A stretch of 53,426 nt of DNA from a virus (lineage: Duplodnaviria > Heunggongvirae > Uroviricota > Caudoviricetes), in IMG/VR virus record IMGVR_UViG_2541047798_000005. One strand, given 5' to 3'. Position 1 is the stretch's first letter, and each line of letters starts with the position of its first letter. Under the pieces are notes generated by a model. It ran no database searches. It was not told the origin of the DNA and saw only the letters and a list, made by a program, of their open reading frames with translations. Shown one piece after another: positions 9,645 through 18,728 of the stretch. A program made the translations under genes and the position numbers.

Positions 9645-9668
9645 GCCGCCGAATGGCGGCTTTTCTTT
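9645..9668 (+). terminator. Rho-independent terminator downstream of cI
   Basis: GCCGCC-gaat-GGCGGC hairpin followed by TTTTCTTT. Confidence 0.7.
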
Positions 9669-9761
9669 GCCTGGAAAACACCAAAACGTAAACAGAAAAC
9701 GTTATTTATTATTTAAATATCAATGGCATATAAAATATTTTAAAAAAGTATACAAAATGGA

Positions 9762-9790
9762 TTGACTCGATGTTTTACGGGGCGTATATT
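9762..9790 (+). promoter_or_regulatory. pL-like sigma70 promoter (TTGACT-17-TATATT)
   Basis: Near-consensus -35/-10 with 17-bp spacer, immediately preceded by the TACAAAATGG motif; about 350-nt leader before the N-like gene. Confidence 0.6.
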
Positions 9791-10044
9791 GCGAGTCAAA
9801 GGAAGGGCGCAGGTAACAAAAGCAACTTCCTGGCACTTTAAAAATCAGGCTTAACACCTTGTCAACCGTGGAGTAACTCCCCGATGGGGGACCGAAAGCG
9901 GCACTGATAACAAGGCGCATGGGGTGTTTAAAGCGTTACATCCCCCACGAAACCGCACGCAAGGCGACGAGTCAGCTTGCTTGGAGTGAGCAAGGTCACG
10001 CCGGGAACGGCGATGATTGCGGGATTAGTTGAAAGATGTTAAGC

Positions 10045-10082
10045 CGCTCATTAACAATCTGGTCAGCCGCTGGAAGTGCGGC
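10045..10082 (+). promoter_or_regulatory. nutL-like site: boxA-like CGCTCATTAACAA plus boxB-like hairpin GCCGC-UGGAAGU-GCGGC
   Basis: boxA has one mismatch to rrn boxA GCTCTTTAACAA; hairpin 8 nt downstream; lies between pL-like promoter and N-like gene. Confidence 0.55.
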
Positions 10083-10138
10083 AATTAACGAAGATGATTT
10101 TTTATTAAGTATCATCAAGGATATACGGAGATCAGATT

Positions 10139-10429
10139 ATGAGCGTTACAATTATATATGGTAAATGTGATAGCAAAATGAATGCCAGGGAACGCAGAAG
10201 GATAAAAAGAGAAAACGAAAGAAAATCATCACCTGCAATCAATAAAACAGACAATGTGGATAAAGCTATTCGATTTGCAAACGAGGAAAGATGCAAACCA
10301 AATAGCATTAAAGAACGTCGCAAAGGATCAGTAAAATGGTATACGGAAAATGAAAGCGGCAGCTACTACCACGCAACGCAACCACGCCATTTAGGGGAAA
10401 AACCCCTGGATAAAGTCCGCTACCATTAA
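10139..10429 (+). CDS. N-like transcription antitermination protein (arginine-rich motif)
   Basis: 96 aa; arginine-rich motif NARERRRIKRENERK near N-terminus, as in lambda/P22 N; first gene after pL/nutL-like elements. Confidence 0.55.
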   Translation: MSVTIIYGKCDSKMNARERRRIKRENERKSSPAINKTDNVDKAIRFANEERCKPNSIKERRKGSVKWYTENESGSYYHATQPRHLGEKPLDKVRYH

Positions 10430-10575
10430 TACAAAATGTAAACATCCGGAGATGACATTATGGTTATTCAGGCGCTTCAATTCAAACTGGCAGTAGCGGA
10501 AATGCTTCACGATGCCGAAATGTGGAGCGCCGCGAATAAAGCCTTATACATAGTGTTAACAGCACGGGAGATTAA

Positions 10576-11220
10576 ATGGTGAAAACAGAGTTACATAAAA
10601 AGCTATGGACGATTCAGCAAACGCTGAACGCGCCGAAAAATCAGCGTAATAATTTTGGTGGATATAATTACAGGTCGGCGGAGGATATTTTAGAGGCGGT
10701 TAAACCACTGCTTCAAAGTATTACGCTGACTGTAAGCGATGAAATTGTCCTGATCGGCAATCGCTATTATGTGAAAGCTACGGCGACGCTAAGCGACGGT
10801 GAAGACGAAATAGCGGTAACGGCTTACGCCAGGGAAGAAGAAAGCAAGAAGGGAATGGACGCAAGCCAGCTAACAGGTGCGACATCAAGTTACGCGCGAA
10901 AATATGCTTTGAACGGTTTATTCTGCATTGATGATGCGCGAGATCCTGATACTGACGCATACGCTAAGCAGACAGGCCAGCAGCCTCGCCAGCAGAAAAA
11001 CCCACCAAAACAACAACCACAGCAGCAGAAAGCGCCGCCAAATCCTGATGAAGTATTAGCACGTTTCTGTGATGCAGCAGCGAAAGCGCAGGACGCTAAC
11101 AAGCTGCGTGAAATATTTGGCAAATGCTGGAAATTACTACCGGAAGGATCGGAACATCGAATCAAGGCAAAAGATGTTTATGACATCCGGGTAGCAGAGC
11201 TTAACGGGGAGATGGGTTAA
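10576..11220 (+). CDS. erf: ERF-family single-strand annealing recombinase
   Basis: 214 aa; NFGGYNYRSAEDILEAVKPLL... typical ERF N-domain; Q/P-rich linker. Confidence 0.8.
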   Translation: MVKTELHKKLWTIQQTLNAPKNQRNNFGGYNYRSAEDILEAVKPLLQSITLTVSDEIVLIGNRYYVKATATLSDGEDEIAVTAYAREEESKKGMDASQLTGATSSYARKYALNGLFCIDDARDPDTDAYAKQTGQQPRQQKNPPKQQPQQQKAPPNPDEVLARFCDAAAKAQDANKLREIFGKCWKLLPEGSEHRIKAKDVYDIRVAELNGEMG

Positions 11221-11624
11221 TGAGTTTAAATTCAATCACGCTGGGCGGGAATATCGGTAATGATATGGAGGTTCGCTACACACAAAACGGGAAAGCGATT
11301 GGTAGTTTTCCGTTAGCTGTAACGAATGGCTACGGCGATAATAAGCGGACAATGTGGGTCACTTGCCTGGTATTTGGTGAGCGTGCGGAAAAATTAGCGC
11401 CACATATCCGCAAGGGTGGAAAAATAGTGGTAAGCGGTCGCCTGGATGTTCGGCAATATGACCGGAACGACGGCACGAAGGGAACGGCGGTAGAAGTGGC
11501 GGTTAACGAATTTGAATTCATGAACGTTAACCAACAAGGCCAGCAGCAGAAAGCGCCTCCGCAGCAGCAGAATAATAACGGGAATAATCCGCCGATGGAC
11601 TTTGATGACGATATCCCGTTTTGA
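11220..11624 (+). CDS. ssb: Single-stranded DNA-binding protein
   Basis: 134 aa; OB-fold region, Q-rich linker, acidic C-terminal tail DFDDDIPF. Confidence 0.9.
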   Translation: MSLNSITLGGNIGNDMEVRYTQNGKAIGSFPLAVTNGYGDNKRTMWVTCLVFGERAEKLAPHIRKGGKIVVSGRLDVRQYDRNDGTKGTAVEVAVNEFEFMNVNQQGQQQKAPPQQQNNNGNNPPMDFDDDIPF

Positions 11625-11639
11625 TCCAATAGGTTAGCG

Positions 11640-11918
11640 ATGGTTGATTATCTAAAACCGCCACCACCGCCACGAACAAAAGAGCAAGTATTAAAAGAAG
11701 CCCGTGATCAAATCGATCGCGGGCTTTTTTTATGCGGCACGGCAGCGGAACGGATGGCGAAAAGATTTAGTGACCTGTACGCAAAACAAATATGGTTCGA
11801 CAACTGGCAGGCAAGTTTTTATCCGCTGCAAAGAAAACCGGATATGCACTGGCCTGAATATGTCGATCCACGTATGCGCAAATATCGCGGGCGTATGGGC
11901 CAGGTTATTAACGATTAA
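11640..11918 (+). CDS. Hypothetical protein
   Basis: 92 aa ORF in operon. Confidence 0.4.
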   Translation: MVDYLKPPPPPRTKEQVLKEARDQIDRGLFLCGTAAERMAKRFSDLYAKQIWFDNWQASFYPLQRKPDMHWPEYVDPRMRKYRGRMGQVIND

Positions 11919-12157
11919 TGAGGTTTCAAATCATGATCGAAAAAAAAGATGTTGATAAAGAGCTGCCTGACTCATCTGATGACTATGTCACTTTTAACGG
12001 CGGCCTGTATGAGTTCGAAACGTCTGCCGGGTGGCACGATAAATGGCCTATGCCAACGCGCAAGGAATTAAGCGAACGTAAAACATTTGGCGAAGATGCC
12101 GAACGCCTGGCCAATAACAAATGGCTTGATAAGTTCATTGCGGAGGCTGATAAATGA
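11918..12157 (+). CDS. Hypothetical protein
   Basis: 79 aa; start coupled to upstream stop (TAATG). Confidence 0.4.
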   Translation: MRFQIMIEKKDVDKELPDSSDDYVTFNGGLYEFETSAGWHDKWPMPTRKELSERKTFGEDAERLANNKWLDKFIAEADK

Positions 12158-12273
12158 GCATGGTAAAAATTGCGGCATTAGCCGCCGCCTTCGTTATTGG
12201 GGTGATTTATATCACAGCTTCTTTTTATGTCGCCGTTTTTATTGCTGAATTAATTGTTGCATTGTTGGGGTGA
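12154..12273 (+). CDS. Small hydrophobic membrane peptide (39 aa)
   Basis: ATGA overlap with upstream stop; MSMVKIAALAAAFVIGVIYITASFYVAVFIAELIVALLG. Confidence 0.4.
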   Translation: MSMVKIAALAAAFVIGVIYITASFYVAVFIAELIVALLG

Positions 12274-12276
12274 GTT

Positions 12277-12396
12277 ATGAAGGTTTGCAAGAATATTGTA
12301 AGGGTCGCTTTTTGCGTTATTTGTTTCCTGTTTACGATTGTGTTTTGCGGCGCACTTGCTGCGGTGATTAGCTTTATTTGTAAAGGGGCGATGTGA
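12277..12396 (+). CDS. Small hydrophobic Cys-rich membrane peptide (39 aa)
   Basis: MKVCKNIVRVAFCVICFLFTIVFCGALAAVISFICKGAM; stop overlaps next start. Confidence 0.4.
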   Translation: MKVCKNIVRVAFCVICFLFTIVFCGALAAVISFICKGAM

Positions 12397-12668
12397 TGGT
12401 TACTTGGAATGCAAAAGATGGCGATCTTGTTGTTTTGCCAGAATATCGTAGCGACCCTGGTCTGGTTGTGCTGAACAAGACATATAACGATCTTGAGCGC
12501 CCGATCCTGGTTAAATATCTGGATGGAACGATTATTGAGCCTCGTTTCTTTGACAAGATTGAACTGAAGGCCCGCAATGTTCGCGTTAAGCCGTTCCGGG
12601 ATTATGTTGAAGACCACTGGCGGAAATTGTTTGCCGGGCTGAATGGGATGTACGGCGTATGGCTATAA
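12396..12668 (+). CDS. Hypothetical protein
   Basis: 90 aa from ATG at 12396. Confidence 0.4.
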   Translation: MVTWNAKDGDLVVLPEYRSDPGLVVLNKTYNDLERPILVKYLDGTIIEPRFFDKIELKARNVRVKPFRDYVEDHWRKLFAGLNGMYGVWL

Positions 12669-12850
12669 AATTAGTGAAAGTAAAACACCTGAAAGGCGGT
12701 GAGAAGATCCGCACTTGGTATGGCTATGAGTTTATTATAGCTGCCTTTTCTTTTTTGCCTGGTGGTCAAGTAATATTATTTGATGAGGAAGATGATGAGG
12801 TGGGGAGATGGCATCTTGAACAATATGTTGAGGTGTTAAATGAAAATTAA
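12659..12850 (+). CDS. Hypothetical protein
   Basis: 63 aa ORF. Confidence 0.35.
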   Translation: MAIKLVKVKHLKGGEKIRTWYGYEFIIAAFSFLPGGQVILFDEEDDEVGRWHLEQYVEVLNEN

Positions 12851-13172
12851 ATTACATAAGGCCTATGATAGTCAGACTAACAAGCTATCACTATTTATTG
12901 AGTTCGAACGCCGGATTGTGTGTGTCCCGTGGGCGCGTCGCTTTAATGATGCAGCAGGGCGTAGACAATTCGCTATAGACATGCTGTTACGTGGCTGCGG
13001 CCTTATGCGTCCGCTATCCGATTTAAAACGGATGATGCCTGGATCGTTCGGTCAGATTGATGAAATAGAAATAAGCCCGGAAGAACTGAAACGGGAGCGT
13101 GATTTATTCCTTTCAAGCGAAGGAAACCCGTTTAATTCAGAAACTGAAATGAAATGGCATCATCCACTATAA
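12840..13172 (+). CDS. Hypothetical protein
   Basis: 110 aa ORF. Confidence 0.4.
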   Translation: MKIKLHKAYDSQTNKLSLFIEFERRIVCVPWARRFNDAAGRRQFAIDMLLRGCGLMRPLSDLKRMMPGSFGQIDEIEISPEELKRERDLFLSSEGNPFNSETEMKWHHPL

Positions 13173-13183
13173 GGGTAAATATT

Positions 13184-13804
13184 ATGAACAATATCAAAAC
13201 GGCTTATTCACTCGGCAGCGAAGGCATGTTAATTACTCGCTACACAGAGGACGCGAGCTTTCACGAAGTGGTAACTAAGGATTATCACGAAGTTTTAAAA
13301 GATATGGAAGCAGGAGTGTATGACAGTGACTTAAATCTGGCGCTACAGATTGTCGATATTATGATGAATGCATCAATCCGCGATTACGTGTCTTTAAGCA
13401 TGGAAGAAAAAACATCGGTAGCGCGTTATGTGTTCTGCCTCACTTTCGTAAGACGCATGGAGGAGGAATTCGGACGCGCACCAGTGCCGGAAGATGTTGA
13501 TCCGCTCGCGTTCGGAAGTGCTGTTATTTTCCCGTTGAACAAGGATCTGCTTGTCAGTGTTTCACTGCATTCTATGCGCGGCCTGATGAAAAAGGTCTTT
13601 GAGGTTAAGATGTTGCAGAAATTTATTGAGGAAGGACACGAAGAAGTGAACGTTAAGGCGTTTATTCCGGTGCTTTACGGAAAATTTGTTGGCGATGATA
13701 TGCGCGCTAATGAATTCGGCGTACAGGCGGCTATAGCTACGCTTAACGAAGCAATGAAAAGTGCACAGCCTATTCATGAACAGGAAAAACGTGTACTGCA
13801 TTAA
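13184..13804 (+). CDS. Hypothetical protein
   Basis: 206 aa from ATG at 13184 with AAGGG RBS. Confidence 0.5.
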   Translation: MNNIKTAYSLGSEGMLITRYTEDASFHEVVTKDYHEVLKDMEAGVYDSDLNLALQIVDIMMNASIRDYVSLSMEEKTSVARYVFCLTFVRRMEEEFGRAPVPEDVDPLAFGSAVIFPLNKDLLVSVSLHSMRGLMKKVFEVKMLQKFIEEGHEEVNVKAFIPVLYGKFVGDDMRANEFGVQAAIATLNEAMKSAQPIHEQEKRVLH

Positions 13805-13902
13805 CAGCGTGATTGCGATCACATAAATATACATTTTGTATTGCGATCGCATATCCGTTTTGTAAACTGAAATTAAGAGGTTTACGGCACGGAGGAAACA
13901 AG

Positions 13903-14121
13903 ATGGAACGCGAATTGATGCTTTATTGCGTAGAAGGTGGCGTAGGTCACGATGCCTACGTCGCCGGGAAAGGCTACCCAGCCGATGAAGTGCTTTCTAA
14001 TATGCACTTCAGAGAAAATGAAAGCCAGGTGTCTGTGTGGAAACGGTGCATTGATGGTATTGAGGTTGTAAGTATCGAACGGTATTTAGGCACGTTCGAT
14101 TACGGTGTTATTGAGGCTTAA
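13903..14121 (+). CDS. Hypothetical protein
   Basis: 72 aa from ATG at 13903 with GGAGG RBS; preceded by motif-bearing intergenic region. Confidence 0.45.
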   Translation: MERELMLYCVEGGVGHDAYVAGKGYPADEVLSNMHFRENESQVSVWKRCIDGIEVVSIERYLGTFDYGVIEA

Positions 14122-14219
14122 TTATGGACGACACATTGTTTTATATGTGCTGTTGCTGGGGTTTTATTGCCTTATGTCTGTTTATCAGGTGGTTTATTGA
14201 ATACCATATGAGGTGAGGC

Positions 14220-14414
14220 ATGGAACAGAAAACTGATTATAGAATACCTGACAACCTGAAGTTGGTTGGTATTGGTTTTGGCTGTCATTTTGTATCTGAC
14301 ACAAACGGTGCAATTTATTTAGTGCGCATCATTGATGGCGTTCAGCATATAAGAAGGCTAGGACTTTACATCAAAGCATTCAGAAGGGGTTATTTAAAAA
14401 CTCATGAAATTTAA
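14220..14414 (+). CDS. Hypothetical protein
   Basis: 64 aa ORF. Confidence 0.35.
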   Translation: MEQKTDYRIPDNLKLVGIGFGCHFVSDTNGAIYLVRIIDGVQHIRRLGLYIKAFRRGYLKTHEI

Positions 14415-14607
14415 ACATTACATGGAATGGAAAATTCCAGAAGCAGCAACAAAGGCAGCGCCAGGAAATTATTCTGGCGTTTATTTTTATATGGATGGCA
14501 AATGGTATTTCGGCAGCAGGCCGGATCACTATTATCAGGAAATATGCAAGCCTCACGTATGGGATATTAAAGAGCGTGTGAAAGGCGGGGTAATTGAGGG
14601 CGTTTAA
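14404..14607 (+). CDS. Hypothetical protein
   Basis: 67 aa ORF. Confidence 0.35.
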   Translation: MKFKHYMEWKIPEAATKAAPGNYSGVYFYMDGKWYFGSRPDHYYQEICKPHVWDIKERVKGGVIEGV

Positions 14608-14845
14608 AATGCTTAAGAGCTTTTTTAACTGGTTGGGGGCGTGGCTTTTGGCTACGCTTTTTGTTTTCCTGGCGGCCATGACTGTTATCGGTGTTATTAT
14701 GCTGGGGGCTATTTTTATTACGTGGTCGCTTCCTGAATTTAACGACATTGGGAATATTCTTTTTGCAGCCCGCGCTTTATTGGCTGTTAGCGCATTCATT
14801 GGTTTTTGCTGGACTGCCGCGCCGGATTGGACTGACACATGGTGA
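14594..14845 (+). CDS. Small integral membrane protein
   Basis: 83 aa with two predicted TM segments. Confidence 0.4.
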   Translation: MRAFKMLKSFFNWLGAWLLATLFVFLAAMTVIGVIMLGAIFITWSLPEFNDIGNILFAARALLAVSAFIGFCWTAAPDWTDTW

Positions 14846-14849
14846 TCCT

Positions 14850-15083
14850 ATGGCCTTATTCAATATGTCAGAGCCGCAATTTAACGCCGTAAAGACTGCC
14901 GCCCGCGCCGCGCTTTCGGCCTGCAAAGCGGAGGTAGAGAAGAACGGCTACAGCGATAAAGCCACGCGGCTGATATTAGATAAGCATTATCGCAAGGTCG
15001 CCCCGCTAATCAGTATTGAGCGTTTTGTGTGGTTGGTGGGGTATCTGAATAACCGCTGGGGAACAGATCAGGATTATTTCTAA
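14850..15083 (+). CDS. Hypothetical protein
   Basis: 77 aa from ATG at 14850. Confidence 0.35.
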   Translation: MALFNMSEPQFNAVKTAARAALSACKAEVEKNGYSDKATRLILDKHYRKVAPLISIERFVWLVGYLNNRWGTDQDYF

Positions 15084-15092
15084 GGGGGCGTA

Positions 15093-15632
15093 ATGAAAAA
15101 TGATTACGGCGGCAGCCATACGCCGAAAGAAATAAAGGACTTATGGCAAACGCCAAAACCCGTTTTTAGAGGAATGGATCGAGAATTCGAGTTCGTCGCG
15201 GATGTGGCGGCAAACAAGGCAAACGCATTAATACCGCGATATATAACCGAAGAAATGGACACGCTCCATTATCCGTGGGGAGCGGTGGCGATGCCTGGTG
15301 AGTATGTCTGGATGAATCCGCCATATTCTAATCCGGGGCCATTCGTTGATAAAGCGGCGCTTGAACACAGCCGAAATCATATCGGATGCGTAATGTTATT
15401 GCCCGCTGACATTTCTGTTAGCTGGTTTATGAACGGCGTGGAGACGGCAAACGAATGCCGATTAATCACGCGCGGGCGGCTGGCGTTTATCAATGCTGCA
15501 ACAGGGAAACCAGTAAGCGGGAACAATAAGGGGAGCTTGTTCCTGATCTGGCATCCACGATGCAGACATGAATGTATTTTCACGCAGATAACACGTAAAG
15601 AGCTATATGCAAGAGGTGCAGAAAATGAATAA
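15093..15632 (+). CDS. dam: Phage-type DNA N6-adenine methyltransferase (Dam family)
   Basis: 179 aa; catalytic NPPY motif (VWMNPPYSNPGPF); size and layout of phage Dam family. Confidence 0.8.
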   Translation: MKNDYGGSHTPKEIKDLWQTPKPVFRGMDREFEFVADVAANKANALIPRYITEEMDTLHYPWGAVAMPGEYVWMNPPYSNPGPFVDKAALEHSRNHIGCVMLLPADISVSWFMNGVETANECRLITRGRLAFINAATGKPVSGNNKGSLFLIWHPRCRHECIFTQITRKELYARGAENE

Positions 15633-15945
15633 AGCGGCTGAATTACTGAGACTTGCGGCTGAAACTATCGAGGCAAGAGGGGAGCAAAACGGATACGATC
15701 GAAAAGAAGAAAAATCAGCGCCAAAAATAGCGGCTATTTTCAACGCTAAGATGAATGCGAATTTAACCCCACTTGATGTATGGGATCTAATGATTTGCCT
15801 CAAGGAAGCGCGTTTAGGGGCTATTCTCGCTAATGGAACTGATCCGCTCGACACTCTTATAGACCTTATTGCTTATAACGCGCTTAAGGCCGAACAGATA
15901 TTAGCGTATCGGGAGGAAGAGCTAAATGAAGATGGTGGCAATTGA
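15625..15945 (+). CDS. Hypothetical protein
   Basis: 106 aa from ATG at 15625. Confidence 0.4.
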   Translation: MNKAAELLRLAAETIEARGEQNGYDRKEEKSAPKIAAIFNAKMNANLTPLDVWDLMICLKEARLGAILANGTDPLDTLIDLIAYNALKAEQILAYREEELNEDGGN

Positions 15946-16429
15946 CAGGTTATTAGCCTGCGTTTATGTCGCCGTTTTCGTTATCATCAATCTTATTGTT
16001 AACCACTGTGGCCCGTGGGTAATTCCGATCACCACGGTAGCCGCCGTGTGTGTCAATATGATGATTCGTGATTTTCTGTTATATGACGGCGGCCTTAAAT
16101 GGTCGGCTACAACATGCGCCGCCGCTGGCGCAATCACGGTGCTGATAAATTACGACGCCGGAATGGTGGCGATCGCGTCATTCGTCGCGGTTGTTTCCGG
16201 TGCGCTTATTTCTGGCGGCGTTTACCGGGTTTTACCTGGTGATTTCGATTCTAAACGCTGGCCTGCAAATATAGCGTCCGCCATTGGCGATGCGTTAATT
16301 TTCCCAACGCTATCGTTTATGGCATTCATGCCGGAAATATCAGCTATGCAATTCATCTCAAAAATGGCGGCGGTAACGGTGATCACTATCATCATGCGCC
16401 GCTACTTTACGTTCGAGGGTAGGAAATGA
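15926..16429 (+). CDS. Integral membrane protein, function unknown
   Basis: 167 aa, 4-5 predicted TM helices; GGAGG RBS. Confidence 0.5.
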   Translation: MKMVAIDRLLACVYVAVFVIINLIVNHCGPWVIPITTVAAVCVNMMIRDFLLYDGGLKWSATTCAAAGAITVLINYDAGMVAIASFVAVVSGALISGGVYRVLPGDFDSKRWPANIASAIGDALIFPTLSFMAFMPEISAMQFISKMAAVTVITIIMRRYFTFEGRK

Positions 16430-17190
16430 GTGGGCTTAGAAATTGGGTGGTGTGGTCGCTGTACGACGGCAGCGGATACGCCGTTAAAGATTGGGCCGAC
16501 GCTGGTTATAAATGCTATTGCTTCAACTATGATGGCGCTAATCACGGCGATTATGAAGGCGTCAAAATCATTCATCCGAACATTGAGTATATCAACGTAT
16601 GGATTGACAGCCATTTCCTGGTAATGTTCTCCCCTGAATTGTCTGTTTATCCAGATCCTGACATTATCCTGGGCTTTCCTCCGTGCGACGATCTTGCGGT
16701 GTCCGGCGCTCGCTGGTTTGCTGATAAGCGGAAAAAAGATCCTTACTTCCAGCAGAAGGCGGCATACAACGCAAAACTGGTAGAAACGCTTGCTGATATG
16801 TACCACGTCCCGTGGATGGTGGAAAATCCGGTAGGTGCGCTGTCAACGTTATGGCGCAAACCTGATTTTATCTTCAACCCGTGCGCTTACGGTGGCTACC
16901 TGCCTGAAGACGACAAACACCCTGCTTTCCCTGAATACATAGCTGCCCGCGACGCATACACGAAGAAAACTTGTATCTGGTGCGGGAATGGATTTAAGCA
17001 GCCGCTATTCCGGCCTGTACCTATGCCGGATGAATGGGAAGACAGCAAACAGCACGCGAAGTTAGGAGGAAAGTCGAAACGCACTAAGATGATCCGCTCA
17101 CTAACGCCGCGCGGCTTTGCCCGTGCTGTATTCCTGGCTAACGACCGGGCCATCACTCGTACTACGCTTAACCGCATTTTACCGGACTAA
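16426..17190 (+). CDS. DNA C5-cytosine methyltransferase-like protein with non-canonical PCD motif
   Basis: 254 aa; motif I-like SLYDGSG, motif IV-like GFPPCDDLAVSG (PCD instead of PCQ), motif VI-like MVENPVGAL; too short for a full target-recognition domain. Confidence 0.5.
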   Translation: MSGLRNWVVWSLYDGSGYAVKDWADAGYKCYCFNYDGANHGDYEGVKIIHPNIEYINVWIDSHFLVMFSPELSVYPDPDIILGFPPCDDLAVSGARWFADKRKKDPYFQQKAAYNAKLVETLADMYHVPWMVENPVGALSTLWRKPDFIFNPCAYGGYLPEDDKHPAFPEYIAARDAYTKKTCIWCGNGFKQPLFRPVPMPDEWEDSKQHAKLGGKSKRTKMIRSLTPRGFARAVFLANDRAITRTTLNRILPD

Positions 17191-17348
17191 AGTTTACAAA
17201 ATGGCATCATTGCGTGATGCGGATCACATAATGGCGCTTTTGCCTTGTTTGGTGGTATCCATTTTGTATACTTCAAGCAAACAAAATGCTCTTTAAAAAT
17301 CCGGCAGCGCTGAAATGCGTAGAAATCACCTGAAAAGGAGAGAGCATT

Positions 17349-17525
17349 ATGTCTTTTGATGATTACCAATGGCATGACGACTATGAACGAGAAAGCGTCA
17401 TGCGTGCAATGTGCAATGTATGCAGCACGAAAAAAGGAGAATGTAACGAGTACAACGAATGTGTAGATCACTCGCTAAGGGCCGGACACGCCGAAAGGCT
17501 GAACGAAACAGAGAATCAAAAATAA
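17349..17525 (+). CDS. Small Cys-containing hypothetical protein (58 aa)
   Basis: Not in ORF track; ATG with GGAGAG RBS; follows an inverted-repeat motif pair. Confidence 0.4.
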   Translation: MSFDDYQWHDDYERESVMRAMCNVCSTKKGECNEYNECVDHSLRAGHAERLNETENQK

Positions 17526-17539
17526 TTGGGGTGGTTTTT

Positions 17540-18145
17540 ATGCAAAACCCTAAGAAACCAATAAGACGCCGTTGCAAATGCTGCGGCGTTTTTTTTGAGC
17601 CTAAATATCACAATCAAACGTGGTGCAGCGACGAATGCCTGGAAGAACTGAAATTTGACCAGTTATGCCGCGACCGTGAGAAGGCTATGAAGGCTATGGA
17701 ACGGAAGAAACGCCGTGATAGCCAGCGGGAAGAACGCAACCGGAAGCGGAAGCAGTTAAATCCGCGTAGCTATTGGTTAAAGCAGGCACAAGCGGTATTT
17801 AATGCCTATATCCGCGAACGTGACGCGCGGTTGCCGTGCATATCCTGCGGGACTTACTACGGTGAGCAATGCGGATACGATGCGGGGCATTACAGGACGG
17901 TCGCCGCCGCCGGACACCTTCGCTTCAATGAAGATAACGTCCATAAACAATGTAGGCACTGCAATCAGACATTAGACGGAAACATACAAGCCTATCGCCC
18001 AGCACTGATTCGAAAAATTGGCCTCGCCAGGGTGGAAGCGCTGGAGAACAACAATGATACGCATAAATGGACGATCGCAGAATGTAAGGAGCTAATAAAC
18101 ATCTATCAGGCAAAATTGGACGCCTTAAGGAGAAAGGCAGCATGA
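17540..18145 (+). CDS. ninG: NinG/Rap recombination protein
   Basis: 201 aa; strong similarity to lambda NinG as recalled (RRCKCCG..F.P....Q.WCS.EC; RSYWLKQAQAVFNAYIRERD; HYRTVAAAGHLRFNEDNVHKQC). Confidence 0.85.
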   Translation: MQNPKKPIRRRCKCCGVFFEPKYHNQTWCSDECLEELKFDQLCRDREKAMKAMERKKRRDSQREERNRKRKQLNPRSYWLKQAQAVFNAYIRERDARLPCISCGTYYGEQCGYDAGHYRTVAAAGHLRFNEDNVHKQCRHCNQTLDGNIQAYRPALIRKIGLARVEALENNNDTHKWTIAECKELINIYQAKLDALRRKAA

Positions 18146-18549
18146 ACGAGTATACATTTAGCCTACCTTACCCGCCATCTAATAACCGATATTACCGACA
18201 TTCACGAGGTTTTCACTATATCAGCGAAGTGGGGAAGGAATACCGGGAACAAGTAAAAGACATCATCGAATTATTAAATTTAGACATTAACCTATCTTGC
18301 CGACTGGCAATCGCCATTTATGCCGCGCCGCCGGATAACCGGGTCAGAGATCTTGATAATATCCCAAAATGCCTTTTTGACAGCCTTACTTGTGCCGGAT
18401 TCTGGAATGATGATGGGCAAATCGACTCAATAAAAATTGTCCGCTGCCGGAAGGTAAAAGGCGGGCGATTGTTTATTAAGGTATGCGAACGCGGCGACCT
18501 GCTACCGGATATTAACGAATATGCGACTAATATGTGGGGTGAGCAATGA
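18142..18549 (+). CDS. rusA: RusA-family Holliday junction resolvase
   Basis: 135 aa; LPYPPSNNRYYRH...RDLDN...FWNDD... pattern matching E. coli RusA. Confidence 0.85.
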   Translation: MNEYTFSLPYPPSNNRYYRHSRGFHYISEVGKEYREQVKDIIELLNLDINLSCRLAIAIYAAPPDNRVRDLDNIPKCLFDSLTCAGFWNDDGQIDSIKIVRCRKVKGGRLFIKVCERGDLLPDINEYATNMWGEQ

Positions 18550-18728
18550 AAAACGAAATTAAAGATCTGCAAATAGATGTTCAACGTGACGAGCATGATT
18601 TAGCGACAGTCAGACGAATCCAGGCTTTTCACATGCAGGAATTACTTGCGCTGAAAGAGCTTGAAAGAAAACTGGTGCAAACCATTTCTGATCGCAAACG
18701 CCTTATTGCTCGCTATGGGGGCAAATAA
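18546..18728 (+). CDS. Hypothetical protein
   Basis: 60 aa ORF, translationally coupled. Confidence 0.4.
   Translation: MKNEIKDLQIDVQRDEHDLATVRRIQAFHMQELLALKELERKLVQTISDRKRLIARYGGK

Noticed and set aside
10778-11629. Minus-strand ORFs antisense to Erf and SSB
   Set aside because: Low-complexity Cys/Gly/Phe-rich translations opposite the Gln/Pro-rich linkers of Erf and SSB.
15926-16429. Possible YhhQ-like queuosine-precursor transporter, implying 7-deazaguanine DNA modification
   Set aside because: Only a generic multi-TM protein is visible; no DpdA, QueC/D/E or FolE-like genes in the window and no convincing YhhQ motifs recalled.
17193-17282. Miniature inverted-repeat transposable element bounded by the TTTACAAAATGG / CCATTTTGTATA arms
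   Set aside because: No target-site duplication seen, and the same arms occur elsewhere with very different spacings (16, 12, 64, 79 bp), which fits regulatory repeats better than a defined mobile unit.
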